NCBI GenBank assembly: GCA_964536515.1 | Contig: CAZHXI010000001.1 | Coordinates: 31,480-95,479, forward strand | Reading direction: 5' to 3' | Origin: an uncultured Gammaproteobacteria bacterium | GTDB lineage: Bacteria > Patescibacteriota > Patescibacteriia > CAYZDG01 | DNA: 64,000 bases | Shown here: piece by piece, positions 8,701-16,603 of the stretch | How the letters are laid out: every line of letters begins with the position of its first letter | Position numbering within the stretch: position 1 is the first letter of the stretch | Position numbers and translations under genes: made by a program | Notes under the pieces: generated by a model | The model's input: only the letters and a program-made list of their open reading frames with translations | Database searches by the model: none | Told to the model about the DNA's origin: nothing

Positions 8701-10415
8701 CCATTAGCCTGAGCGGCCGTACGCCCCTGCGCTACTGCACCGAGGCTGCGGGAAACGCCTACGACGACAACCGCGATGGCACGAAAGAGTACTGGCGCGA
8801 TGCGGGGGTAGACGCGAATATTGATGGCGGCGGCACCGGCGGGGAGATAAGGGCTGCGTGCAACCCAGACCCCCTGGCGGCGTCGCCCTCTAGTACAGAT
8901 GATGGCTGCACGCTGGCTGAGATGAGCTCCGGGTGGGCGGTGGAGGAGCTTTCGGGTATGCACCTCTGGAACGTTCACTGGAGCCAGGTCGCCCGCATTG
9001 TGGCAGACGGCGACTACAACGCCTGCAATAAGCACTACTCCGTAATGCCAGAGCTACGTGAGTACACGTTCGAGATGCACGAGCCAACTAGGTCCGTTAC
9101 GCGTTTCGGCTTCTGGACAGACTGGCAGAACGACAGCGAGGGTGAGACCTGGGCTTTCTTCGGCGTCGACCGCGGCAGCGGACTCATCAACTACTTCATC
9201 GGCTACGTCAACGATACGGCGGGCAGCGGCGAGGACTGCACCGTGGACTTCAAGATCGTCACCAAGGAGCAGTGCTCGGTCGTCGCCGAGGTTCGGGCAG
9301 ACGATACGCACACGGCGTGGTTCGACCGTTTCAACGGCGGCACCTACTCCGACGCTAGCTTGGTCCCCGCCAACGATGCCGCTCCCTACGGCGCCCTGCC
9401 GGCTAACGCCGCTGCAGACCTGATGGGTGCCACCTGCGATCCCGATATCCTGGCAGCTTCGGACTCGCTGAGTATCGATGAGGGCTGCGCGTTGCCCATC
9501 GGCAAGTTCGCCCTGCGGGCCAACGGCTCGCAGGCCGAGCGCGGCGGCACGCCGCTGGCCTGTCCCGTGGGCGGGTGCGCCGTGCCGCAGTGCACCCTCG
9601 ACCGAGCCAACAGCTGCGGCACCGCTGGCCAGACTACCGCCTGCTTCGATGCACTGGCTACGCCGGGAATCGGCTTCTGCTCCGGCAACCAGGTGCCCAG
9701 CGCAGCGAACGAGGGAACCAGGGTCGAGGGCGCCGTGCGCCTATCGCAGATGTTCGCCCGCAGCTACTACACCTGGACCCTAGACCCCGCCACCCACCGC
9801 TACCGCATCAACGACTGCCTTAACGACGATACGATTCAGGTAGCCATTGCCGCATCCCCCACCGGGGTAGACTCCGGCAGCGGTTGCTGGGACAGGCGCA
9901 AGCTGCTATCCACGCCAGATCCTGCCCCCACCACGCTCCGCCCGCGGGTACCCGAGATTAGCATCAACGGCAATTCCAGCGACACGCCCGAGGTGGCAGC
10001 CAGCGTGGGCGATACTGTGGAGCTGCGCTTCAGCTCGCTGCTGAACGCCGACCGCCTGCCGCTGCGCTTCATCCTGGTTGACTGGGGCGACGGCGAGCGG
10101 ACCGTTACCTCGCGGCTGAGCATCAACCACCAGCCGTCCGTGGCTAGCGGCCACCTGTTCACGCACACCTACTCTACCCGGCCGACCACGACCTGTGGGT
10201 CCGACTTCTGCGCCACCATTCGGGTGCAGATCGAGGACAACTGGGGCTTCTGCAACGGCGCACTCCCTGCGACGAGCTACAATATCAACAATGGCAACAT
10301 GAGCCTCAACCAGAGTGGCGCCGGCTGCTTCATTGGGAACGCCACCGATAGCCTCCGCTGGACCAGGGCAACCACTACCCTCCGCTTCTCCACCGCGGTA
10401 GAGGAAGACGTCTAG
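2757..10415 (+). CDS. Giant (2552 aa) Cys-rich cell-surface protein with CBM-like beta-sandwich modules and a C-terminal PKD-like domain
   Basis: N-terminal TM/signal (LILGTLVAAALLGTTLIATVSVA). More than 10 repeats of C-x(8-15)-[DN]-x-x-G-C-[QRST]-x-[FYL], e.g. DDAGCRKLL, DDVGCQAFVP, VDVGCSEFTS, RNVGCQAFMD. Three NGGFE/NGGFD-type carbohydrate-binding-like modules. VDWGDGE PKD-like motif near the C-terminus. Confidence 0.7.
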   Translation: MERRRLSGLILGTLVAAALLGTTLIATVSVARLRERAFAAVGFGGTGAILKTITQGSGAAIATPGFPVVADPGVRTQNFLSSLGDAIGSALESSGKLLVKNTLSRFLGELARGTAEWIATGSPGQMPLFETQGGYEFMAATRDAATAEFLDSLGSAYGVDVCNPELGAKLVIHYSSLPSSRLDTPRCSLKQIQENWAELLPNNQAFLQRFSAALEPDQNDLGIALTLEKKLVVERETKANAAILERLESQGLKPLKDLAGNIVTPAAAVNEQIRQTLGLSAQKELSFIGDPVADAIGIFTNTLGNRLREKWLKQGFVNIADVFNRTGSSGGLFGGAGRYSVAEPRFAALAGLELGTSGSIDVVGELSACSDPADPGFGNQCVLDPSFAQAVQQQLTVREAMERGLLRGEWAFGYLQDGSEPRYGTGYPYSAMVVMRTKRIVPVGWELAAQAAKAFGQGVTLDHVLHCYEDPAAAGDGSRPVDCQINGINPFYHLVDPNWLLKVPATYCVRRGASAELLTEEYICNQDTNGDSFVDCVNLDSNINGIAAPVDGDPSSKDEYLRVIQRAEYCADEQSCIAENADGTCRAYGYCFEEKQTFSLGDNACPSQFASCVGVTTPSGQQTAYIQDSVQTCPTGAAGCQWYSRRKSGANWSVAPTDRIYLNSEAATCSPDDAGCRKLLRFGQGTNLVPNGGFEQYDRHLPSDPNGTDNFFINGGTARGRAYTNAADVYEGQASFRLTRSGSISVLAETGSEVAGRTFTASVASKNCTAGSLSLLDGDGGAIGAPVNLQISGPDTDNGQWHTATITGTTQAPGTSLTVQVTGLNASVDSDCLLDSLALTEGSARATLAYGAGRSVHISSRATQCSQDDVGCQAFVPTSGDPTVFGRITANDYCPAQCVGYQNYSPLINTFEEREGASAPAPSNFIPSTARSCSAVDVGCSEFTSLAEVPEGGERVAYFSQVQQCVPEATPSVGTYYTWEGSDTAGYQLRVWQLLRTNISGPLAPCTNLSLDPSIQPPVCLDTAENRATCDLNAGNPDCREVFDSNATSHGVLWSRVVQATNDCQQYRRTGTDFVYNVSPRLARRCPAAANGCRQYRGATGGNTRTVLLADFETSSAAGWGGTRVALTTEALQVGGHSLLALGASGSVTLRRTEPLAMRPGHQYMLTVWVKGSDRDIPAGNVTLRGGLRRLLGALGATPASAQPGPAENLVFNAGPTPIGGEWQRLQIGPVTPTTQASTMTFDITVAIGGLRSAYFDNIQLKEVTSDTFVVQNSWETPQACDNPPGLPNGTDSNPRTEPGAMVGCSAYRVAGRQVTLRSFNRLCAERNVGCQAFMDTANSASPFAQRFNSTCSLGAPVATPTVCSSDGYQRCVVGAGEASCRYTQTSDYDPSSAAEPLVADEDQVPVLGDRVTYLVDDPAAYCSAEVAGCTQLGLPRINKQAWSGSGAAPANGIVSWQDVYKVANPDQFSRSLCSVGQLWCAAHRVSGGGTLTFRDPQGSLAGESRTCEYRTGVQIGSQLVTGWFRTGTDDGCRATSNYSLPLNGGPGYDRFVGICPAQYSGCTNYRNPQPSATGGERDNYFLRSSVDSSSCNGLVDVAGGCMLFRDPAQPALYSSQYSYPPYRLPGQAPVATSTLDSNVVLKVRRDRSCSQWYSCGSSVAVPGSPTGQRVCTSLTSCTRLNPATNQCDNPGGGSFPVGSAGFPNEFTFASPDDSTRWRNLSGYTVPGIQFTGGPGLVSRGFTPYSNMEQIGLSATVSNGGFDDAADSLASTDGVGWHSCDSGAPAVPAAQACSYVVSANRVREGRAALRFSSTVGAVTTLRHGVVAVAPNSTYAVSVQLNTVDLLAGDVALEVLDGGGTVQLRLQQGSGQGWQTLLGQFTATGSVTLRLVASADASGSAYVDDVKIEPVLQVNGEPRFVGQQCRVYPRGDAPSCRYTQADGEYRGITGYCLQPDPRDPSRCIQWWPVDVVAGQSFDVFGETISLSGRTPLRYCTEAAGNAYDDNRDGTKEYWRDAGVDANIDGGGTGGEIRAACNPDPLAASPSSTDDGCTLAEMSSGWAVEELSGMHLWNVHWSQVARIVADGDYNACNKHYSVMPELREYTFEMHEPTRSVTRFGFWTDWQNDSEGETWAFFGVDRGSGLINYFIGYVNDTAGSGEDCTVDFKIVTKEQCSVVAEVRADDTHTAWFDRFNGGTYSDASLVPANDAAPYGALPANAAADLMGATCDPDILAASDSLSIDEGCALPIGKFALRANGSQAERGGTPLACPVGGCAVPQCTLDRANSCGTAGQTTACFDALATPGIGFCSGNQVPSAANEGTRVEGAVRLSQMFARSYYTWTLDPATHRYRINDCLNDDTIQVAIAASPTGVDSGSGCWDRRKLLSTPDPAPTTLRPRVPEISINGNSSDTPEVAASVGDTVELRFSSLLNADRLPLRFILVDWGDGERTVTSRLSINHQPSVASGHLFTHTYSTRPTTTCGSDFCATIRVQIEDNWGFCNGALPATSYNINNGNMSLNQSGAGCFIGNATDSLRWTRATTTLRFSTAVEEDV

Positions 10416-10418
10416 GAT

Positions 10419-13400
10419 ATGCTTCGTCTGCCATTGAATTTCAGCTCACCTCGCTTCGCCCGAGGCGTCGCGGTTGCGATGCTGGCCCTGGTCGCTATCG
10501 TAGCTGTGCCGGTGGCGTTGCCGGGCGGGGGAGTGAGCGATTCGGCGCCGGTGCGGTCGGCGATCGGCGTAGCTACGGTGCACGCGGTTACCGATACTGA
10601 TATTCAGATGCAGGCCGAAGCCAGGGAGGCAGCGGCGAACAAGACCGATAGTGACTCGTGGTTCACCCGGGTCATCAAGGAGCTGATGTACGCCATTATC
10701 CAGTTCTTCGGCTACATGACCGGGCTGCTGTTCAAGGTGCTAGAGATGATTGCCCAGTACAACGGGTTCACCACCGAGCCGATCGTGGTGAAGGGCTGGA
10801 CCATAGTCCGGGACGTCTGCAACATGTTCTTCGTCTTCGCCATGCTGCTCATTGCCTTCGGCACCATACTGCGCATCCAGGCCTACCACTACCGCAGCCT
10901 GCTGTTCAAGGTCGTGCTGATGGCGGTGCTCATGAACCTTTCTAAGTCTATCGTCGGCGTGCTCATAGACCTTTCGCAGATCGTAATGCTTTCGTTCGTG
11001 AGCGGGTTCAAGCACATGGTGGCGGGCAGCCTGGCCCAGGCCTTTGGCGTGGATAAGATACTAAGGTTGGTACCAACTGACTCCGGCACTAACGCTGTTA
11101 CCGCTGGGCAGGTGAACGATGCTCTGGGCGCAACCGGCGGCGACGGCGTGGTTGCCAGCGCGGGTACGCTGCTGGCGTCGTTCATTCTGGCTGCGCTCAT
11201 CATGGCTCTCATCTTCATTACCGTTCTAGCCATTACGGTGCAGCTCATAGTACGTGTGATAAAGCTATGGATTCTCACCATCATGGCGCCCATCGCCTTC
11301 GCCGGAACCCTGTTCAAGGGCCTGGGCTCAATGGCCGGCAAGTGGTGGGACGAGCTGACCAAGGAGCTGGTGGCCGGCCCCACGCTGATGTTCTTCCTCT
11401 GGCTGGTGCTGGCTATTAGCTCGGCTAACAGCGGCGAGGTGTTCGGCGCCGGCAGCCATGCGGCCGGCTCGTTCAACCCGCTGAACCTGGAGGCTGCCAG
11501 CGCCGGGAACCTAGTGAACCTGTTCGTGGTAGTGGGCTTGCTGTGGGCCGGCTTGGGAGCAGCCAAGGCGGGCGGTACCGCCGCCGCAGGCGCGGTAGGC
11601 TTCGGCCTGGGCAAGCTATCGAGCATCAGCCGCGGCTCTGCTCGCCTGGCGGGGAAGGGGGCAGCGGGCGTGGGCCGCTTCGGCCAGCGCTGGGCTGCGC
11701 AGGGCCTGTCTAAGAGCGGTATCCAGGCGCGCTACGAGATGGCCAAGGAAGGCATTCGAGAGTCTACCGCTGGCAAAGCGGTGCGCTTCTTTGGCAAGGA
11801 GGCTACCGAGCAGCGTTGGGCTGCCCGTAAGGCGATACGTCGGGAGCGCATTCTGACGCACATGGATACCGCGGCGAAGTCCGCAGACCTCGCGGGCCAG
11901 CCGATTGGGTGGATTCAGTCTGCCCGCCGTAAGCGTGAGCAAAAGTGGCGCGTCGAGTCTAACGTGGCTACCGCCAAGTACATGAAGGAGCTAGACGAGC
12001 AGGGGATCAACGACAATGCCAGCATTAGGGCGGCGCTGGCTTCCAATATGAAGGACGGCAAGGTGCAGAACGTAGATAAGCAGGCGGCGCTGCTGCGCCA
12101 GCTGGCGAGCAAGGGCAAGGTTCTGGATGCTAATCGCGACATTATCGAGAACACGGCGGGTATGTCGGATGGCTCCCGTGCCGCGCTGCTCGCTGCCTTC
12201 AAGGACCACGACACCAGCGCCATTAAGAGCGACGGCAGCATCCGTTCCGACGCCGAGGTAATGGAGGAGATGGAGTCGGCCATGAAGGGCGACGCCGATC
12301 GCGGCGCCAAGAACAAGAGGGTACGCGGCATTGCTGCCAAGGTCCGTGTGGACGAGAGGGGCCAGGTTGCCAACTCGACAGCCATCGCGACCCTCCGCAA
12401 CCTGGATGAGGACTACATTGAGCCGCTCGATAAGAAGCTGAAGGACGATATTAAGGGGGCTATCCTGCTGACGATCCACAACGCCAACCAGAGTGGCGAC
12501 ACCCAGCTGCGGGATGAAATGGAGAAGAAGTACAATCAGCTGTTCGCCCAGGGAACCGACAAGCAGGGCAACGCCCTCCCCAAGCTTGAGCTAGACAAGG
12601 ATACCGGACAGGTGAAGGACGACGCCATGCGTGCCGTGCAGCAGAAGGCTGCACGCAAGCAGGAGCGTGACCAGATCAAGGAGGTCAGCATGAAGCGTGA
12701 TAGCCTGGTACCCCTAGATGAGGGCGAGAAGGCGCTGCAGAAGCTGGTAGCCGCCATTGATGGCGCTCCAAAGAAAATTGAAGAGCTAAGGACTAAACTT
12801 GCGGAGCTATCAACCATCGACACGTCAACGAAGGCGGGACGTGGTTGGCATAAGCAGGCTACCATCGACGTAGCTCGCATACAGAAGGAGCTCGTCGACG
12901 GCGCTGAAAAACAAACAAAGGATGAGAATGGAAATCGAAAACCTGAGTTTGTCTACCGTGGCAACGACGGCTCGGTGATCGATCCTGGCGTCCTAGTCAA
13001 TCGAATGCTTGGTGGTAACCTTGAGTCTAGGCTCGATGCTGTCCGTGAGGATGTAGCTTGGAGCAGGGCTCAGCCCGATGATTCTAAGCGTCTCGCGTCT
13101 GATCAATTGCAGGTAATCTCTGCTCGATTCAACCGCATTCATAAGGTGGCTCCCCCGAAGGGTCCAGCATCGGCAGGTAGCCCGTCAGGTCGAGCGACTG
13201 ATACAAGGTACCTCGCCGGAGAGTTCGTCCAGCCACGGCAGGCGGTGAGTAGCATCGCCGATCCTTTGGTCAGTAAGGCACAGGGGGCGGTGAGGCAGGC
13301 ATTCCAGCAGATCGATCAGGGCCAGCGCGTAGCGAAGCTGGAGCCGGTGCTTAAGGAGGTGCAGGGTGCGATAAAGCAGATGCTGACTATTGATAAGCTC

Positions 13401-13535
13401 GACGAGGTTCAGAAGGGTGCGCTCACCGATATAGCAAAGGAGGCTGAAGATCTGAGCGGCAAGCTCGCTACCGCATCCGAGGCGGATGTATCAGCGATTG
13501 TCACCAAGATCAGCAAGCTGAAGAACCTAGCCTAG
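10419..13535 (+). CDS. VirB6/TrbL-like polytopic membrane protein with a ~600 aa charged coiled-coil-like C-terminal extension
   Basis: Signal/TM, then 6 or more hydrophobic helices (FFVFAMLLIAFGTIL, LIMALIFITVLAITVQLIV, etc.), then a long K/E/D/A-rich hydrophilic tail. Immediately follows the giant protein (stop, 3 nt, ATG). Confidence 0.55.
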   Translation: MLRLPLNFSSPRFARGVAVAMLALVAIVAVPVALPGGGVSDSAPVRSAIGVATVHAVTDTDIQMQAEAREAAANKTDSDSWFTRVIKELMYAIIQFFGYMTGLLFKVLEMIAQYNGFTTEPIVVKGWTIVRDVCNMFFVFAMLLIAFGTILRIQAYHYRSLLFKVVLMAVLMNLSKSIVGVLIDLSQIVMLSFVSGFKHMVAGSLAQAFGVDKILRLVPTDSGTNAVTAGQVNDALGATGGDGVVASAGTLLASFILAALIMALIFITVLAITVQLIVRVIKLWILTIMAPIAFAGTLFKGLGSMAGKWWDELTKELVAGPTLMFFLWLVLAISSANSGEVFGAGSHAAGSFNPLNLEAASAGNLVNLFVVVGLLWAGLGAAKAGGTAAAGAVGFGLGKLSSISRGSARLAGKGAAGVGRFGQRWAAQGLSKSGIQARYEMAKEGIRESTAGKAVRFFGKEATEQRWAARKAIRRERILTHMDTAAKSADLAGQPIGWIQSARRKREQKWRVESNVATAKYMKELDEQGINDNASIRAALASNMKDGKVQNVDKQAALLRQLASKGKVLDANRDIIENTAGMSDGSRAALLAAFKDHDTSAIKSDGSIRSDAEVMEEMESAMKGDADRGAKNKRVRGIAAKVRVDERGQVANSTAIATLRNLDEDYIEPLDKKLKDDIKGAILLTIHNANQSGDTQLRDEMEKKYNQLFAQGTDKQGNALPKLELDKDTGQVKDDAMRAVQQKAARKQERDQIKEVSMKRDSLVPLDEGEKALQKLVAAIDGAPKKIEELRTKLAELSTIDTSTKAGRGWHKQATIDVARIQKELVDGAEKQTKDENGNRKPEFVYRGNDGSVIDPGVLVNRMLGGNLESRLDAVREDVAWSRAQPDDSKRLASDQLQVISARFNRIHKVAPPKGPASAGSPSGRATDTRYLAGEFVQPRQAVSSIADPLVSKAQGAVRQAFQQIDQGQRVAKLEPVLKEVQGAIKQMLTIDKLDEVQKGALTDIAKEAEDLSGKLATASEADVSAIVTKISKLKNLA

Positions 13536-13536
13536 T

Positions 13537-14340
13537 ATGTCCGTAGACCGCGCCACCGTAGATGCTGCCCGAGCTGCCGCCGCCAGCGCCATTGCCGCGG
13601 CAGGGGTAGACGAGTCGCAGCGTGCCGCTGCGGCCGCGGCTTGCGATACGGTGCTGTGGGGCATTACCCCGTACGCCGAGCTGGCCAGCTACCTGCAGGA
13701 GGCAGCCAAGCTGCCGCCGCCCGTAGCCGAGGCTCTGGCTAGGCGGCTGGATGTCTCCGCTAAGCCAGCCTGGGAGCAGGTTTGGGCGGGCCTAGACCAG
13801 CAGCAGCGCCACTGGAACAAGCAGGACCTCTCCGAAGACTACGCTAGCTTCGCCGCAGACCTAGACGCCGAGGTGGCCGAGGCGGCGCCGGAGCTGGCGC
13901 AGCAGCCTTCGGTTACGCCGCTGCTAGCCGAGCTGCTGGACGGCGGCGACAGGTACGACGCCACGGCGCTGCTAGCCTGGCTGGCGCAGCAGGGTAGGCT
14001 CGTGGGCGTGTGCATGCAGGACCGTGACATTCGTGAGGACTTCACCGAGTGGGTTACGGGCGCTCTGGGCGGGGGACAGGGCAAGCCCGCCATCGTCATT
14101 CCGGGGCCAGACCAGTGGAGCGCTCCGCTGACGGCGCTGCTGCTGCAGTACCTGCTGGAGGTGCGGCTGGGCTGGAACGCCGAGCAGTCTGCCATGGCCG
14201 CCATGTACCTGGCGCAGCAGCTGGCCAAGGCCAGCGGCGAGCACCGCTACGCTACCGCCGTGTACGGCGACGAGGCTACGGGCGAATTCCGCTGGCGGCC
14301 GGTGCGGCTGGAGAACGGCCAGGTCGTGTTCGCGGATTGA
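13537..14340 (+). CDS. Hypothetical acidic Ala-rich protein (secretion-locus associated)
   Basis: 267 aa ORF starting 1 nt after the previous stop. No recognisable motifs. Confidence 0.45.
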   Translation: MSVDRATVDAARAAAASAIAAAGVDESQRAAAAAACDTVLWGITPYAELASYLQEAAKLPPPVAEALARRLDVSAKPAWEQVWAGLDQQQRHWNKQDLSEDYASFAADLDAEVAEAAPELAQQPSVTPLLAELLDGGDRYDATALLAWLAQQGRLVGVCMQDRDIREDFTEWVTGALGGGQGKPAIVIPGPDQWSAPLTALLLQYLLEVRLGWNAEQSAMAAMYLAQQLAKASGEHRYATAVYGDEATGEFRWRPVRLENGQVVFAD

Positions 14341-14355
14341 TGCCTACGTAATGCG

Positions 14356-14383
14356 GTAGAGACGCATTGCAATGCGTCTCTAC
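14356..14383. repeat. Palindromic repeat family copy 1 (GTAGAGACG-CATTGCAATG-CGTCTCTAC), likely a bidirectional terminator
   Basis: Perfect 28-nt palindrome between convergent genes 13537..14340(+) and efp(-). Confidence 0.7.
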
Positions 14384-14415
14384 GTTCGTATTACCGGCGC
14401 ACCGGCCGTCCCTAC

Positions 14416-14979
14416 CTAGGCTCGTTCGACGTACGAATCCGTCTCGGTATTCACGATAATCTTGTCGCCCGCGTTCACGAACATGGGCACGCGCAGCTCG
14501 GCGCCGCCCGCCAGGGTGGCTACCTTGGTGGCGTTTCCGGCGGTGTCGCCCTTGGCGCTGCCCGGCGTCTCGGCTACCTCCACCGCTACCTTGGTGGGCA
14601 GGGTAGCCGCCACGGGCTGGCCCTTGAAGTACAGCACGTCTACCTCTAGCCCCTCGGATAGGTAGCATCCCTTGCCGCCGAGCTGGGCGTCGCTGAAGCT
14701 GAACTGGTCGAAGTCCTCGGTGCCCATGAAGGCGTAGCTGTCGCCGTCGCGGTACAGGTAGCTAGCCTTGCGGCGGACGATGTCCGCCTCGGGGTAGGTG
14801 TCGGAGGGCTGCACGGTCCGCTCCAGCGTGGCTCCCGTTAGCAGGTTGCGCATCTTGGTGCGCAGCGTGGCGCCGCCGCGGGCCACCTTGATGTGCTGGG
14901 TGAAGATGACGGTCCAGGGGGCGCCGTCTACCTCGATGACCGTTCCCAGCTTGAGCTGGTTCATCGTTAGCTGGGGCAT
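14416..14979 (-). CDS. efp: Elongation factor P
   Basis: MPQLTMNQLKLGTVIEVDG…KGDTAGNATKVATLAGGAELRVPMFVNAGDKIIVNTETDSYVERA, a strong EF-P signature. Start at internal ATG 14979; the track ORF extends to 15075. Confidence 0.9.
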   Translation of the reverse strand: MPQLTMNQLKLGTVIEVDGAPWTVIFTQHIKVARGGATLRTKMRNLLTGATLERTVQPSDTYPEADIVRRKASYLYRDGDSYAFMGTEDFDQFSFSDAQLGGKGCYLSEGLEVDVLYFKGQPVAATLPTKVAVEVAETPGSAKGDTAGNATKVATLAGGAELRVPMFVNAGDKIIVNTETDSYVERA

Positions 14980-15028
14980 ATGGTTGGGGTCAGGTAGATC
15001 CCTCGCTCCGCTCGGGATGCTCGGGCAG

Positions 15029-15277
15029 CTAGTGCTGCCCTCGCACGTACGGCAGCAGGGCCATGAAGCGGGCACGCTTTATGGCTTCGGCTACGCCGCG
15101 CTGGTGCCAGGCGCACACGCCGCTCTTGCGACGCGGCACTATCTTGCCGTAGGAGCTGGTGAAGCGCTGGAGGATGCCCGTCTCCTTGTAGTCGATGCCG
15201 CTGAGGTTGTTGGCGCAGAAGTAGCAGAAGCGGTCGCGGGCGAGGGGGGATGCTGGGGCGGGGGTACGTCGGTTCAT
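15029..15277 (-). CDS. rpsR: 30S ribosomal protein S18
   Basis: CYFCANNLSGIDYKETGILQRFTSSYGKIVPRRKSGVCAWHQRGVAEAIKRARFMALLPY, a canonical bS18. Confidence 0.85.
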   Translation of the reverse strand: MNRRTPAPASPLARDRFCYFCANNLSGIDYKETGILQRFTSSYGKIVPRRKSGVCAWHQRGVAEAIKRARFMALLPYVRGQH

Positions 15278-15295
15278 AGCTGTGATGGTGGACGG

Positions 15296-15733
15296 TTAGA
15301 AGGGAATCTCCTCGACCTTGATCTCGCCCTCGTCGGGCGGCAGGTCGTGGGTGGGAGCGGGGCTGGCAATTTCGGGGCGGGACTGGGTGCCGCCGCCAGC
15401 CGGGGCGCGGTCGAGCATAATCAGGCCCTCGGCGATGATCTCGGTGCGGAACTTCTTCACGCCCGTCTGGTCGTCCCAGGAGCGGGTCTTGATGCGGCCC
15501 TCCACGTAGACGCGCATGCCCTTGTGCATGTACTGCTGGCAGATTTCCGCCAGCCGGCCCCAGGCCACGACGCTGTGGAACTCCGTCTCCTCCTGCTTCA
15601 CGCCGGCCTGGTTGGTCCAGGTGCGGCTGGTGGCGACGCCGAGCGACGCGACCGACTGCCCGCTGGGGGTGGTGCGCACCTCCGGGTCGCGGGTTAGGTT
15701 GCCGATGATCATGGCGCGGTTGAGGTTGACCAT
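15296..15733 (-). CDS. ssb: Single-stranded DNA-binding protein
   Basis: MVNLNRAMIIGNLTRDPEVRTTPSGQSVASLGVATSRTWTNQAGVKQEETEFHSVVAWGRLAE OB-fold signature; acidic C-terminal tail ending DEGEIKVEEIPF. Confidence 0.85.
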   Translation of the reverse strand: MVNLNRAMIIGNLTRDPEVRTTPSGQSVASLGVATSRTWTNQAGVKQEETEFHSVVAWGRLAEICQQYMHKGMRVYVEGRIKTRSWDDQTGVKKFRTEIIAEGLIMLDRAPAGGGTQSRPEIASPAPTHDLPPDEGEIKVEEIPF

Positions 15734-15863
15734 ATGGGTAGTGAGTCGTTAGTAGTTGGTCGTAGGTTCGTTGGTCGGAAGTTAGAAGGTCGTCGGGTTC
15801 GATTGTCGTTCGTCGAATTTCCAACAATCGAATTTTCGACAAACGACCAGCGAGCTTTCGAAT

Positions 15864-16364
15864 TTATACGTTCTCGGTGGGGGCGGAGAGGATCTCGTCC
15901 AGCTTCTGGTCGAGGTCCTTCAGCTCTACCTTGGGCTTGGCCGGAGCAGCGGCGCGGGGGCGCCGGGTGGTGTGGCGGTCGGCGCCACGGTCCGCCTCGC
16001 GGTCGCGCATGCGGCTGGCCATACGATCCTTGGCCTTCTGCAGGCGTCCCTGCTCCTCGGCGGTAACGGCGTGCTTCTCCACGATTAGGTAGCGCAGCAC
16101 GTTCGGCACCAGCTTGAGGGTACCCTGCAGCGTGGGCAGGGTGTGGGGCACGGCGCGGAACTCGGCCACGGCGTAGGTGCCGTAGCGCTGGCCCTCCACG
16201 GGGTAGGCTAGGCGGGTGCGGCCGATGGTCGCCCCGTTGAGGATGGTTACGCCAGCCTTCTGCAGGGCTGCCTGCAGGGCGTCGGTAACGGTGTTAACCT
16301 CGGTGTCCTCGACGCCGGGGTGGATGATGTAGGTGCACTCGTAGTGCTTCTGGTCTTCGCGCAT
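15864..16364 (-). CDS. rpsF: 30S ribosomal protein S6 with an extended charged C-terminus
   Basis: MREDQKHYECTYIIHPGVEDTEVNTVTDALQAALQKAGVTILNGATIGRTRLAYPVEGQRYGTYAVAEF, a bS6 fold signature. Conserved rpsF-ssb-rpsR order. Confidence 0.85.
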   Translation of the reverse strand: MREDQKHYECTYIIHPGVEDTEVNTVTDALQAALQKAGVTILNGATIGRTRLAYPVEGQRYGTYAVAEFRAVPHTLPTLQGTLKLVPNVLRYLIVEKHAVTAEEQGRLQKAKDRMASRMRDREADRGADRHTTRRPRAAAPAKPKVELKDLDQKLDEILSAPTENV

Positions 16365-16533
16365 GCGATTCTATGGTTACCTCGCCCGTGGGGGAGAGGA
16401 TCTGTCTCCCCGGTAAAGCCCAGGGTAGGCAGATATGGATAACGTTTGTGGCTGGAAATTACACGGGAATCGCCTCTCCGTCAAGGACGGTTCATGGGGG
16501 CGTGGTCCCGTGGGGCAATGGCCATTTGCGTCG

Positions 16534-16564
16534 CGTAGAGACGGGTTTAAAACCCGTCTCTACG
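16534..16564. repeat. Palindromic repeat family copy 2 (GTAGAGACG-GGTTTAAAACC-CGTCTCTAC)
   Basis: 31-nt near-perfect palindrome in the divergent intergenic region between rpsF(-) and the methyltransferase(+). Confidence 0.7.
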
Positions 16565-16603
16565 ACGTTTGGTACATTCGGCAACGTTTGTTATGGTGCC
16601 CCC

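Noticed and set aside
16373-16603. Track N-terminal extension of the methyltransferase ORF (476 aa from 16373).
   Set aside because: The extension runs through the palindromic repeat and the divergent promoter region shared with rpsF. The conserved protein starts at ATG 16604 (MNRYVFLLGRE…).
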